Positions 15,941 through 29,607 of a stretch of 64,000 bases of DNA are shown in pieces (the stretch's first letter is position 1; each line of letters starts with the position of its first letter). The stretch is from NCBI GenBank assembly GCA_964016885.1, contig OZ024742.1:176824001-176888000 (forward strand), in the 5' to 3' direction. A program made the position numbers and the translations under genes. Source of the stretch: Eledone cirrhosa. Lineage: Eukaryota. The notes under the pieces are model-generated. The model made no database searches, was not told the origin of the DNA, and saw only the letters and a program-made list of their open reading frames with translations.

Positions 15941-15950
<10 letters not shown>
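15470..15950 (+). mobile_element. Non-coding PLE-like mini-element: about 320-bp partial tandem plus inverted 5' arm
   Basis: aaggtcttcaaaatg..ttaaacatacagtatattaccaaatatactata occurs at about 15577 and 15893. 15470-15560 is inverted relative to 15578-15676. (TA)n on both sides. Confidence 0.75.
15787..15832 (+). ncRNA. Intact minimal type I hammerhead ribozyme
   Basis: TAGGCT CTGAGGA ACAC-CAACA-GTGT GAAA CAGATCT GTC|AGCTTA. Palindromic stem III (ACAGATCTGT), GUC triplet, 6-bp stem I. Confidence 0.88.
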
Positions 15951-15978
<28 letters not shown>

Positions 15979-17215
15979 GGAGGGAGGGTCTGCGTATAAG
16001 TGTCTGAATATTAAAATTCCATTGCTGTATTGAGAAAAAAGCTATATATAAAAGCATAGAAAGACGAAGATAAAGGAGCAACAAAGAAATTCGAAATGTT
16101 ACGCTATATACAAAACATAAAATGCGAAGTCCAATAAAATAAGAAAGAAAAAAAGAAAACCTATACAAAAATTCATGCGAATCATAAAAGTAACAAAAAT
16201 GAAAAGACGCGTGTTTTATTACTAAAATAAACACAAATGCCGAAAACAATTAAAACGTCTATTTTATATAAAAGAAACAAATTTAGAAGGTTGAATATTT
16301 TATTGTATTTATATCATAAATAGATTGAAACCAATAGGAAATATTGGAAAAAGACACCTTTGACATTATCGAAGTTGTTTATATTCGACTACGCCAGACT
16401 CACACATGTGACCAATTCTTTTAGATTGAGACAACCAAGAAATTCGAATTGAAGCAGAAAATACGTAACATATTTGTGGGTGCTGTGTTTCGTGTACTCC
16501 ATTGATTCGAACAATGGGACATTTCCGTGAAATCAACGTGCCAGTGGCTGAGCGTTCAATTGACACGTGTGATTTTAAAGTAGATATATTTAGCGTGACT
16601 CAATGTGAGATCAGACCGTCCTTTTGAAATATGTGTACAACCTCCCACCCCACCCGCCAGCTGAGTGCCTTTCTTAAGAACACACACTGTGTTACGGAAA
16701 TGAATCTCACAACATTGGGTAGAAGTAGTAGTCAACAATAACAAAGTAGCTATAATGTACCATGGGCTTTATACCCTTGACATATTACAATGCGAATACA
16801 ATAATTTAAGTCTTCAGTATTTTCCTTCACTTGTAACAGAAGCTAGCAAAATCTATCCATACCTTTGTAAGATGGATTTGCTTCATGTACAGAGTGGCCC
16901 AAGCCTTCTGTTTCTTCACGCAATTCTATTAATTGACATTTAAGAGATTGATTGTTTGGAACGCTGGGCATAGCTGCCTGATGCACTGAATGGCTAGGCA
17001 TAACTAGAACTAAATCTAAAACAAAACACTGTTCTATTTCTCTTTGTTTCTATATTCTGTGTGTTGCTTCAGTTAACACTGGTTCTCCTCTACAATTTGT
17101 GATATATTACGTGAGATGGTGTAATGTTTTGCTGAAACCTCATCTTTGGAACCGATGGTGATCCAACCAGCAGCAAAATGTTACTTGATATTCAATGTGT
17201 TCTATGTTAAATATA

Positions 17216-18090
17216 TAAGGGGGTGCTGAAATGTTCCTGGTTTGGGTAAAATAGAATACAGGAGGATCAGTTCATTACGATTTTATTCAGCATATCTCCT
17301 CGCTGATAGCAGCGGTCCTTCAGTTTTCTAAGTTCTGTAAAAAGATTTCGTAAGGTTGGGCCCACAACCAGGCTTCTGAAGTAGCTGTCACATCCGACTT
17401 GGAGTGAAATTTCGTTTCTTTGAGATGATTCTTCAGTTATGGAAAGGGGCAATAAACGGAGGGGGCTAAGTCAGAAGGGTAAGCCGAAGTCACGTATTTT
17501 CCGTAGTGTCACATGCGATGTGTGTGCTGGTGCTTTGTCCTGCAAAATCAGGACATCATGGCTCAGCTTTCCACGTTGTTCCATCATCAAAGCGCTACGC
17601 AGTTCGTCTAACATAAACATGTAGTATTCTGCGTCCCCTTGGAAAGTAATTTATGAGTACTCCATCTTTGTCCCAGAACACCGGAGCTAGAATCATTCCA
17701 GCTAAGCTCTGGTTCCGTACTTTTGGGGATGTAGAGAACCACCGTGGTGCCTCACCATTGATTGTTGTTTGGTCTGGGGATCATAATGATGAAGCCTAAT
17801 TTCATCCACGCTGATTAACAAGCCATAAAATCAGCCTGTCTTCCTGTACACAGGTCCAAAATCAACTTTCATGACGTTACTCTGATGCACATCTCGGCAC
17901 CCATTTTGCGGAAAGTCTTCCCATGTCCAGCATGTTGTGGATGATATGGCAAACTCTTTCGCGGGAGATCCCCAGAATCTCAACTATGACTTTAGCTAAA
18001 CCACTCCTGTCCCCGATAATCATGATGTGCACAGCGTCAGTTTTGTTCTCTGTGGTGCAGAAGTTGAATGTTCTGACTGGGATTCATCTG
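17216..18090 (-). mobile_element. Mariner (Tc1/mariner) transposon relic
   Basis: TIR-like taaggggtgctgaaatgttcctgg at about 17216. Reverse-complement translations give LISVDEIRLHHYDPQTKQQS, VLILQDKAPAHTS and SDLAPS, matching mariner DD34D motifs. Confidence 0.8.
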
Positions 18091-18779
18091 TTACCAAGAA
18101 ATTACCAGTCATATAATGATGTGGTTTGAGAAATTTTTTACTTTTATTTCTATCAAATTGAAAAACATTGAAGAACTACGTTCTGTCGTTGTTTGATGGT
18201 CTAAATATATTTAGAGGGAAGTGAATTAATTTGATATTTTGAATATATTTTTTGTAAATCGAGACAAATTTAATCTAAATCGTTAATCAGTTACTTCCGT
18301 AAAACCCTAATAGCATTTTTAGATTTAAAAACACAATAAAATCAATAAGAAGTATTAAAATATTAGATATTTAAATATTCGGCGAATTTTAATATTGTTT
18401 TTGCATAATGCAAATGAGATCAGTAAAAAAATGAACAATAAATAAAAGCAAAATGTTCTTAATGAGATAATTTATCAACATACCGGCAGTAAATTTGATA
18501 AATTTGAAAAATACGTGAATACTTTTAGTTTTTATGATAGCGTATGTATGTAATTATCGGATATGTGCAATCACACAGACAGACATACGCATACATACAA
18601 ACATATAAATAAACACACACACACACGTATATATATATATATATATACATGTGTGTCATCTATATATATATATATATACATGTGTGTAATCTATATATAT
18701 ATATATATATATATATACATGTGTGTAATCTATATATATATATATATATATATACATGTGTTCATCCACACATAATGAC

Positions 18780-20460
18780 AGAACAAAGCCCAAATCTAAA
18801 GAGCCATAAAATGTCTTTTTCCAGCCTACAAGACTTTAACTGCAATAATATTGTAGAAACTGATCAACTATTTGAAAGAACCCGTTTCCAGTAGAGCAAA
18901 AAGGATGCTACAAAGGCTTATATGACAGTAAAGCCAATTAATAATCAAGAAACCCATAATAGAAAACTGAAGAGAAAAGCGAGAAATCTCAGTATTGCAA
19001 GGATTGATTTCACAGTATTCCCTGTACATGGTTTCTGAACACACTAGAAAACAAAGTAGCGTCAACAATAAAACCACGCATCAAAATTTCATGAGCATGT
19101 GGCAAACAATTCTGCAAATACAAAAGCAAGACGGATTTATTAAAACTGACATCATCCCAATTAAGAGAGGAATATTTCAAAGAGTATTCATTCCACCACC
19201 CATTGACATTATTTGGCTGCACCCAGCAGACAATACATTGATGCAAAGAAGAAATAAACAAAAAATATGGAATAGGAAAATGCATCAAGGCCACACTGAA
19301 GAATGGAAAAGTATTGAAAAACTCTATCATCATGATAGATAAAGAATCGGAGATAAAAGCATTTGATCAAACACAGACATTCAAATACATGGGAATCTAT
19401 TACTTAACGGGTTTCAACACGAACAGATGAAATATAACTTTAGAAAAGAATGTTATAGGCTGATTAAATTACTACTTAAGATAGAACTAAATGCAAAGAA
19501 TATGGTAGTTGTTATCTTTAAACTAGCGATCTCAGTAATAAATTACAATGTTAACATACTGAACAGGGAAACTAAAGACCTAGCAAGATTAAAGAGTAAC
19601 AACAAAAATAATAATTACTGAGTTTAGAATATAACACCCAAAATCAGATGTACACAGATTATACCTACCACGAACACATTGAGAATGGAGCCTTATGCAA
19701 CTAGAAAAGTATTAAAAATAAATATGTACGAATAATGAAGAAACAAAACTTATTTTCTGTCTTCAAAGAAGCCAAAAAATGAAAAACCTTTCGAATGCTA
19801 TGATAAAACGATGGCAATAAAAACATCTACATGGCAAATACTAAAAAAATCTGAATCGTGTCAGTGATGACAAGCAGAATTTACAATACTGTTTAAGGTC
19901 AACCCCCTTCACCAGAAAACATCAAACATACAATTACCCACATTAACTATGGTTGCTAAGTTTAAGCCAAAAACGAATATAACCACTTTCCAAAGATAAT
20001 ACATTTCGAATTGACATACACTGGAAGTTATAAAAGTACAACATATTAGCAGAAAAAAGGTTGCAAAGAAATGCACTAGAAAGGTGTTAGACTATTACAA
20101 AGCAACGATACATTAGGATATACCAATACAGGTCGATGAAAATCAATCGATAGGATGTTATATTTAAAGACCATAAAGAAACGGAATGTCTTCTATTAGA
20201 GGTATATTTTCCTACGGTCAAAATATATCCATAAAATAAATGGAGAAATCTCTACGAATATGATAATCTACAGTTAGAAATAACTCGTACGTTGATGATG
20301 ATATCAGAAACAATCCCTATGATAATAGTTGATCTGGGAATGATAAAAAAAAACACACAGATATATACATAACTACAACCCTAGAACTCAGAAACATATA
20401 TAGCATACAAAAAATACCACAACCAGGCACTGGATATATATATTACAAACAGGACACTAA
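18780..20460 (+). mobile_element. Heavily decayed RLE-type LINE (R4/Dong-like)
   Basis: Fragments IPIKRGIFQ and ELNAKNMVVVIFKLAISVINY parallel the better-preserved element at 56.9-59.7 kb. Confidence 0.55.
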
Positions 20461-20865
20461 ACAATTCGCTCATTTTCCATTTATCTATAAGGAATAAAAA
20501 CATGAAAACTAAAACTATATTCTTAATATCCAGTTAACGATAAGTACCATTTTATTAAAATAATAAACCTCTGTCTGTTATCTTAATATACCTTCCCACT
20601 TCATTTATCAATAATATTTCTTAGATGTTCATTTTTATACAATTCTAACCAAATTACCTCCCTTTATACGCCCCTTCTCCAAGCCACTCTAGTCTATCGA
20701 ACTATTAAATTAACTTTATTCTCTTTATACATAATTTATTAGCTTTCTCCTCTATGCTACAAATTTCTATTTACCAGTTAGATTACATAATCCTTTATAT
20801 TAACATTTATTACAGTGAACTAATCTCTGTTTGTGTAATAAGAGAATTTAATTAATCATCAATTA

Positions 20866-22902
20866 CACCGTGTAACATATTTTTTGTTCCCCGGTTCTAA
20901 GTGTCATTTCATGGTTTGTTATATCGCATTCTGATTTCAAATCCCGCCGAGGTTAACTTTGCCTTTAATCCTTACGGGGTCGATAAAATAAAGTACCAGT
21001 AATGTACTGGGTTATTTGCTGGCCTTGTGCCAATAGTAGAAACAATTATTATAAAAAGAGTTACGGCCCTTGCCATTCTGAGTTCAAATCCCGTCGAGGT
21101 TAACTTTGCCTTTCATCCTAACAGGGGTCGATAAAATAAAGTGTCAGTAATGCACTGGGTAATTGCTGGCCTTGTGCCTAAAGTAGAAACAATTATTAAA
21201 AAAAAACACTATTATTTAATCAGAAGTTTGGGTTTGTGGTTATGAGTTTGATATTTCGAAATTTTCATATTTTTCAAGAAAAAACACATTTTATAAAAAT
21301 GTATCAGTTTATATAATTAAATCAACAGAGTATATATGTATTTAATTACACAAGCTTATCAAAAGCAAACAAGTAAAAACAAATAACACTTATAAAGCAA
21401 CTTATACACGTCAGAAATGACTGGATTTCCTGGATTTGCGGTTGTAGTCCAGGTCGCATTCCCGCACTAGCCCCCAGATATAGTCCCCCATCATATTTTC
21501 ATTGTAGTGGCCCTAGTACCTCCGCTCTATCTCTTTCACATATTGGTGGAATCGTTCGCCTTGTTCTACTGAATAGGCACCCATATTGTCCTTGAATTTT
21601 TCCAGGTGAGCGTCCAGCCTATGGAATTTAAGCGACAGCCTGCATCCCATGGCGCCAAAAGCATTTATCAGATCCTGCACCAGTTGCTGGTAGTTTTCAG
21701 CTCTATAGTTGCCCAAGAAGCTCTTAATGAAACAATTCCATGCTGTTCTCTCAATCCTATTGAACTTATTGGAGAATTCGGTAGACTCAAACACCTTTAT
21801 CTGAGGTCCAACAAAAATTCCACCTTTGATTTTGGCCTCAGATAACTTGGGCTCTGCTGTCCCAGAGGCAGGGGAAGCATTGGAATGTGATAAAGCCTCC
21901 TTGGAGTCCAAGAAAGGAAGCCACCATCTTGAAGTCTCCAATGATTTCCCAATTGTACTGGTTGTATTGCAGATCTTCCAAGAGGACTTTCACACTGTAG
22001 TAATCTTCCTTCAGGCAGGCTGAATGAGTTAGGGGCAGTGTTGGGGACTTGTTTCCATTGTGGAGGAGGACAGCCTTCAAACTTGTGTTGGAGCTGTCTA
22101 TAAATAGCCGCCACTCCTTGGGCACAAACGGCGCCCCAATAACGCCAAACAGTCCAGACACGTCATGGCAGAAGCAGATGCGATTGCTAAGAGTTTAAAA
22201 GCCTGAGAAAGGTTTGTGTCGACTTCTCTGACTTGTCACCTGCACTTCCTCCTTGACCAAGTTCCTCTGCTTCATCCTGGAGTCGAATAGCTCTGCATTG
22301 AACTTTGTCAGATCCATATTCCTGACCAAGTCATTAACTTCTTTTTTGTTTGGGAAGTGAGGAACCTTTTTCTGGTACTCAGGCAGGTAATCCAAGTCCT
22401 CAGCATCCATCTCCTCCTCTTCATCAGAATACTTGTCTTGGAAAATAAATTTGATATGCAATACTAAATAAATATTGGAAAGGGAAATACATATTTCAAT
22501 AATATAAAAGAAGACAAATCATACTAATGAAAATTAGTGCTTAAAACACAACTTACCCTTTATTCAGGGTGTGAAAATCCAGTATCAATAAATCTCTTTA
22601 ATACACTTTTTTAACAATGTTATACTTTATTGCACTTTTATAATTTTCTTTAGGTATTACTTTATATTTTATCATTTTAATTTAACCTGAAACATATATA
22701 AAATAATCATTTAACATAAGCAAATTGAACTTACAACGTAAAATCCAGTATACAAATAATTCTAGTGAATAGATTAGAATTTTTAGAAACCCAAACTTTT
22801 AACTGTTTTATAGCACTGTTTTTATTTATTTGGGACCTAAGCAACACAAAAAAGTGATTACAAGCCAGGAACAGAGAAAAAAAAAATGTTTGTTACACGG
22901 TC
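20866..22902 (-). mobile_element. Chapaev3-type (CMC) DNA transposon with decayed transposase
   Basis: Imperfect TIRs CACCGTGTAACA.. / ..TGTTACACGGTC flanked by a 3-bp TTA duplication (20863-20865, 22903-22905). Protein motifs WRLFIDSS..SLKAVLLHNGN, GDFKM..LGLQGG, KIKGGIFVGPQI, GAYSVEQGERFHQ. Confidence 0.78.
20928..21197 (+). mobile_element. Two tandem 5'-truncated SINE-A copies nested in the Chapaev3 element
   Basis: ttcaaatcccgccgaggttaactttgcc...gtagaaacaattatt occurs twice. Confidence 0.88.
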
Positions 22903-23834
22903 TTATCTAATGATATATATATATATACATATTTGTGTGGGTGTGTGTTTGTGTGTATACATGTATATATATGTATATATATATGTGTGTGTGTATGTAT
23001 AACACTAAGAAAAGTTAACAAGGAAGAATGATAAAGTAGAGCAATACAATACAAAGATTGTATATTAGTTTCAGGCTTGATATAGTAAGAAAAGAACTTT
23101 TAGGTTCGGACGCTGGTCCTTCAATGGGACATAAACAAGAGAGGAAAAGGTTTGTATTGTTGAGTGAAGAAAAAAATCACACGAGGATAAAAATAAAAAT
23201 TAAAACGTGGAAATACAGAGATGCAAGAAATCACATATTTTGAGTTCGCCAACGTGAAAAGTGTGTAATGGAGCATACGAGCTGTTTTAGAGGAGGCTGA
23301 GTCATCAGCGATACTTATATAGTTCCATTCCATTACGTTTCGTTTCCCACGATATACTTACAACCTCTGTCTCACATTTATCTTTATATAATGTCTACAC
23401 ATATACTTCCATAAATGTTAGCAACTTTTTAAATTTATGTTAATCCATCACATACTAAACTTTATAATTTGTGTTGCTACTTCATATTATATTCCTTCCT
23501 CTACTTCTGCCTCATCTCATCGTTTCCTCATTATTCTTCTTGACATTTTAGTCATTTCCGCATCTGTATTTAGATTTCTCAAGAAGGTTATGTAAGGTTT
23601 AGTTACGTATAGGCATCTATCTAGTGGCATGATTAGTTATTTTGAGTCAGGTATTCCATAACATTTATATTGGCGATAGAAAACGTAATTGAAAACCATT
23701 TTGTCACAATAAAGATTAAAAGGAAACATATATAACCGTATACATTTGCACAGTCAAGAGCATATAAAGGCATACATGCACACATACGTACATACACACA
23801 CGCTATAAACAAATACCCATTACAAACATACACG

Positions 23835-23837
<3 letters not shown>

Positions 23838-23911
<74 letters not shown>
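23838..23911. repeat. (CA)n microsatellite
   Basis: Direct reading. Confidence 0.97.
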
Positions 23912-23914
<3 letters not shown>

Positions 23915-23946
23915 GAAATTAGAAATGTGTCGTAGCCGAAATGGCC

Positions 23947-24130
23947 ATAATTGCTTCTTCTTTAGGCACAAGGCCAGCAATTACCCAGTGCATTACTGGT
24001 ACTTTATTTTATCGACCCCGTAAGGATGAAAAGCAAAGTCAATCTCGGCGGGATTTGAACTCAGATCGTAAAGGGACGTAACTATGCTGGAATGCATGGC
24101 GTCCGACCCTCTACCGATACTACCAATCCA
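23947..24130 (-). mobile_element. SINE-A
   Basis: Full consensus match. Confidence 0.9.
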
Positions 24131-24311
24131 TAGTCGATTAGTATAAATACTACTTTTGCAAATTAGATAATGTACACCTGGACGCTAGGACGTACACATT
24201 TCAAATTTTCTGAATGCTCCTTAAGTCAACCGTGTATTTATATATAACAACAAAACGGTTTGATTTAAGGAACATTCAGAAAATTCGAATATATATATAT
24301 ATATATATATA

Positions 24312-24920
24312 GTTAGGGAAGCAGAAAATTGCTTATTGTAATCCAGTTCGTGGTTAAGACAGCCAGTTTCATGGACGGTTTCAACGTACGGTTACGGGTA
24401 ACTCCACAAGTTTTTAAGAATCACGTTCAATCTTGGAGTGTAAAGGATAAAAGAGAAAACACAGGTAAGCATTAAAAAAAAGGATGTTATCCAGGTATTT
24501 ACGACCGTTTCATTGGGAAGTGCAACCTTATATTGCTATACTGCAAATAGCAGCCACTCAATAATTGTTGTACACGTCAAAATTTTCAAAATAGTGAATA
24601 AGTTACTCTTAACAAGTTCTTAATATATAGAAAAACATTTTTTTGAATTGCATTTGCTAGTATAGAGAGAGAGGAAGAGGAATTAGAAAGTGGAGGAACA
24701 AAAGGAGTAGTATAGAGAGAGAGGAAGGGGGAGAAGAATTAGGAAGTAGGATAACAAACCGAGATGGAGGGAGGGGTAGAGATGGAAGGAATCTTTGATC
24801 AGTTTTGAATTATTTAGACATGATGTCCTCGATTTAGAGTGTAGTGAGTTAAAGAGAATTAAAGTCTTTATAGTGAGAGGGATGGAGAAAGAGAGTGAGG
24901 TGGGAGAGATAGAGAGATAA
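24312..24920 (-). mobile_element. Non-coding interspersed repeat (probable PLE 3' region), paralog of 41972-42880
   Basis: About 600 bp colinear similarity (gttagggaagcag..atccagttcgtggttaaga..ggatgttatccaggtatttacgaccgtttcattgg). Both copies start at a (TA)n tract. Confidence 0.65.
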
Positions 24921-24989
24921 ATATATATATATATATATATCCATATATATATTAATAAATATAGACATTCATGTGATCATATATATTTT

Positions 24990-27344
24990 ATTTTACATAT
25001 TTCAGAGGTACTGAGCTATTTCAACAGTACGTCCTCATCAGATAAAATAAGTTGATGCCTGACATACCTTGACTATGTTCATGGTTATAATTCAGTCATG
25101 GCAGTGATTAGTTATGACAAAACTCAATATTTATATACCTTAAGTTGAAACATGAAAAATTACATATAATAGAGAGGGTGCGTATGAGAATGAGTAAAAC
25201 GATATATAAATAACTAATAATATATAAAACAAACTTATATAACTGTTAAAAATTTAAATAATAATAATATATGCATTCCTCGTTATTGTAGAGAGTGGAA
25301 GTGAGAGATTAAGAAAGCAAATCATGAGGAAAGGGAGAAAAATAAAGATTTGATCGTAGGAACAAAAGAAGGGAGAAATGATCAAATGATAGATAGAATA
25401 AATGAAAATAAGTTTAATAGTATAAACAAAGGGAGGAAGATATGCATTGTAACGTATAAATAGCGTATAATTAGATAGGGGGAAAGAATATCTAGGCACA
25501 TGATGCGTGACTGTTTATTTTCAAATCTTAAGTTAATTAGAAATAGTCAATTAATCAAATGACATAAGATTTTAGACTATAACATTTGAAAGGATTTATA
25601 TTATTATATTATATCAGAGTTAAATCAAATGTAACGTGAAAGAGATAAATTTATGTTTATCATAACTCCAAAGGTAATCACAAGTATATTTAAAAGTATA
25701 TTAAAATTAAGAATATAATCAATATATTAGTCAGAAAACATTAAGATTAACATGTTATTAATAAGCCATAAAGCATTATAAATGTATTTAATAAGATATT
25801 ATTAAACCAGATTAATCTAGATATGCACATTTGTATAATTTATATATAGACTATAAAGTTTAAGGTTTAAGACGATATTAGTCACTTATATATAATATGA
25901 TTACTGTTAAGAGTGTTATAAATTTGATTCAACTATATTTTACTGTATTTAAAATTTTACATCAAGTTAAGTACAAAAACAATTAATCAACTTGGAATTA
26001 AGGAGACTTTTATACTATAAATGTACAATCATATTCTCGTGAATCGTAAACAACCATTCAAAGTAATTAAACGGTTTACAAGTCTGAATACATTAGAGGT
26101 ATTAAATATATAAGATATAAGGTTTAGAAAATGCAAAAACCAAAATTAAATGTATTTAAACAATCTAAAGGTCATACATACTCAACAAGAGATCGGGTTA
26201 ACAATTTCAATGTTTAGGTAGAAACCCTTAATCTAATATTAATAGTAGCATAAATAATAAAAGCATTACAAGTATTTTTAATCTGAGACAATATCGTTTC
26301 ACGCTCAGAGTTATTAATAAGCGTATAAATCATTTCACATTTATTCAATGTTTTTTCCTGATTTGTTGTGAAGCTTGGAATGTAGATGTAGCATTGTGCA
26401 AGCAATTTGAGAATAATTCACTTTCTTTGTTAATTAAGTTATCATAATTAGCAATTATTAATAGGGTCTCCATATTGCAAAGATTGCAGTTAGGTGGTAT
26501 TGAGGAATAACGTAGACTTGACTATTACAAAGTTTTGACCAAAATATTGAGTATTTAAATGTTTTGTCTTTTAACGACCATATAAGGTGTGACAAAGAGA
26601 TAGAGAATTTCTTATCCGGATTCGAAAACGAGGGTTTGTGATTAGAATATCTTAATTTAAAGCTCGATGAAGTTGCACCTATATAGTTGTAGGTGATGTT
26701 ATTTGCTTTAACAGTACATTTATAAACTAGGTTCTTATCAAGGCAATTATTTATCAAGGCAATTATTTTGCAGAGGGAAATTCGATCTATTTCTACAGTT
26801 ACATTTTGTTTTACTGTTATTACTATAATTGAAACTGTACACGGTTTCATTGCTAATACTTGGAGGTGTTCTATTGTAAGTGCTTAAATTAATGTCATTG
26901 TTATTCACAGTATCAATATTATCCCTAATTGTTTGTTGGTTAGGATTAAGAATTCTACTATTTATTTTTGCAATGTTCTGAGCCATATTCATAGTTGTAG
27001 AATAAGATAGCTTAATTGTGTAGTCTATTGAATATGGAATGGTATTTATATGTTCTGGGAAAGCATTTATCTAATGCCTTAAACAATAAATTTGCCAGGG
27101 GTGTTTTGATAGCTAAAGACACAGGAGGTGCATACCAAATAACTGATTTGGTTGTGATATTTTTCTGAGATTTATTCACGACATTAGTATTTTTATTTAT
27201 ATTTAAATAATTTTTAGAGTCCGCTTTATTTATATTATTCGTATTTTTACCTAATTTATAATTCGAATTAGTATTATCTAGATATTCAATATTATTTTTA
27301 TATCCTGCCTTATGCAATGCATCGTTATAATATCCAGCTTTTCC

Positions 27345-27345
<1 letters not shown>
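24990..27345 (-). mobile_element. Penelope-like element, family 3 (CxCx5Cx5C linker, Hydra-like), 3' part
   Basis: VIWYAPP, KCFP..KYHSIFNR, KCNCRNRSNFPLQNNCLDKNLVYKCTV..YIGATSSSFKLRYSNHK. A degenerate HHR core (CTGATGA..GAAA) lies on the minus strand at about 25019-25041. Confidence 0.75.
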
Positions 27346-27381
<36 letters not shown>

Positions 27382-27386
<5 letters not shown>

Positions 27387-28832
27387 ACTAGAAATAGATT
27401 GACATATATATATATAAAATAAACATATAAAACTATCACAGGGAATAATGTGTAAAGAATGTAAGCACACAGAGCTAGGTAGGTAACTAATTAGAGTTTA
27501 ACTAGAACTTCAAATATAGATACCTTTTAACATGATTAATCTCCTTTGTATATATTTCTTTAAGTAAGATATATATTTCACCAATTAATCCGTAAATCGC
27601 AGTAGTCAAATTCACGGATGGTCACCAAAGGAGAAGAAGATAACTATCTGCGTTTACAAAGCAAATGCAAATCTGTGAATGACTCGAACCACGTGTTGCA
27701 TTTTAAAAAAAAATACACACATTCCACAACGTCATCCCAGTGGTGTGAATATGACCATCCACAGCTAGAAATAGCAGCCGAGTCTATTCAATTGAATTAA
27801 CTCAACAATCAAGGGGCCGTATATATATCCAAAATTAAAATTAAGAGTTGCCGTGTCTGAGAGACATGCGCCATATCCACTGTAGAATAAGCTCAAAGAT
27901 TCCAATGAATAGATCGGAGCATTACATATCAACTAGAAATAGATTGACATATATATATATATAAAATAAACATATCACACAATAACAGGGACTAATTTTT
28001 AAAGAATCTAAGCACACATAGCTAAGTAGGTAACTAATTAAAGTTTAACTGGAACTTCAAATATAGATACCTTCTAAAATGATTAATTTCCTTTGTATAT
28101 ATTTCTTTGAGTAAGAAATACATTTCACCAATTAATCCGTAAATCGCAGTAGTCAAATCCTGGATGGTCACCAAAGGAGAAGATAACTATCTGCGTTTAC
28201 AAAGCAAATGCAAATCTGTTGCATTTTCTTTTAAAATATACACATTGCACAATGTCATCCCAGTGGCGTGAATAGGACCATCGACAGCTGGAAATAGCAG
28301 CCGAGTCTATTCAAGTTGAATAGACTCGGCTGCTATTTCCGGCTGTCGATGGTCCTATTCACGCCACTGGGATGACGTTGTGCAATGTGTGTATTTTTTT
28401 AAAAATTCAACACGTGGTTCGAGTCATTCACAGATTTGCATTTGCTTTGTAAACGCAGATAGTTATCTTCTTCTCCTTTGGTGACCATCCGTGAATTTGA
28501 CTACTGCGATTTACGGATTAATTGGTGAAATATATATCTTACTTACAGAAATATATACAAAGGAGATTAATCATTTTAAAAGGTATATATATTTGAAGTT
28601 CTAGTTAAACTTTAATTAGTTACCTACCTAGCTATGTGTGCTTACATTCTTTACAAATTATTCCCTGTCATTGTTTAATATCTTTATTTTATATATATAT
28701 ATATATATATATCAATCTATTTTTAGTTGATATGTTATGCTCGGATCTATTCATTGGAATGTTTGAGCTTATTCTACAGTGGATATGGCGCATGTCTCTC
28801 AGACATGACAACTCTTAATTTTTCTTAATTTT
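27382..28832. repeat. About 545-bp tandem repeat (1.7 units) plus inverted arm, between (TA)n tracts
   Basis: caactagaaatagattgac at 27385 and 27930. Fold-back centre gccgagtctattcaa-g-ttgaatagactcggc at about 28315. Confidence 0.9.
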
Positions 28833-28839
28833 GTATAGT

Positions 28840-29607
<768 letters not shown>

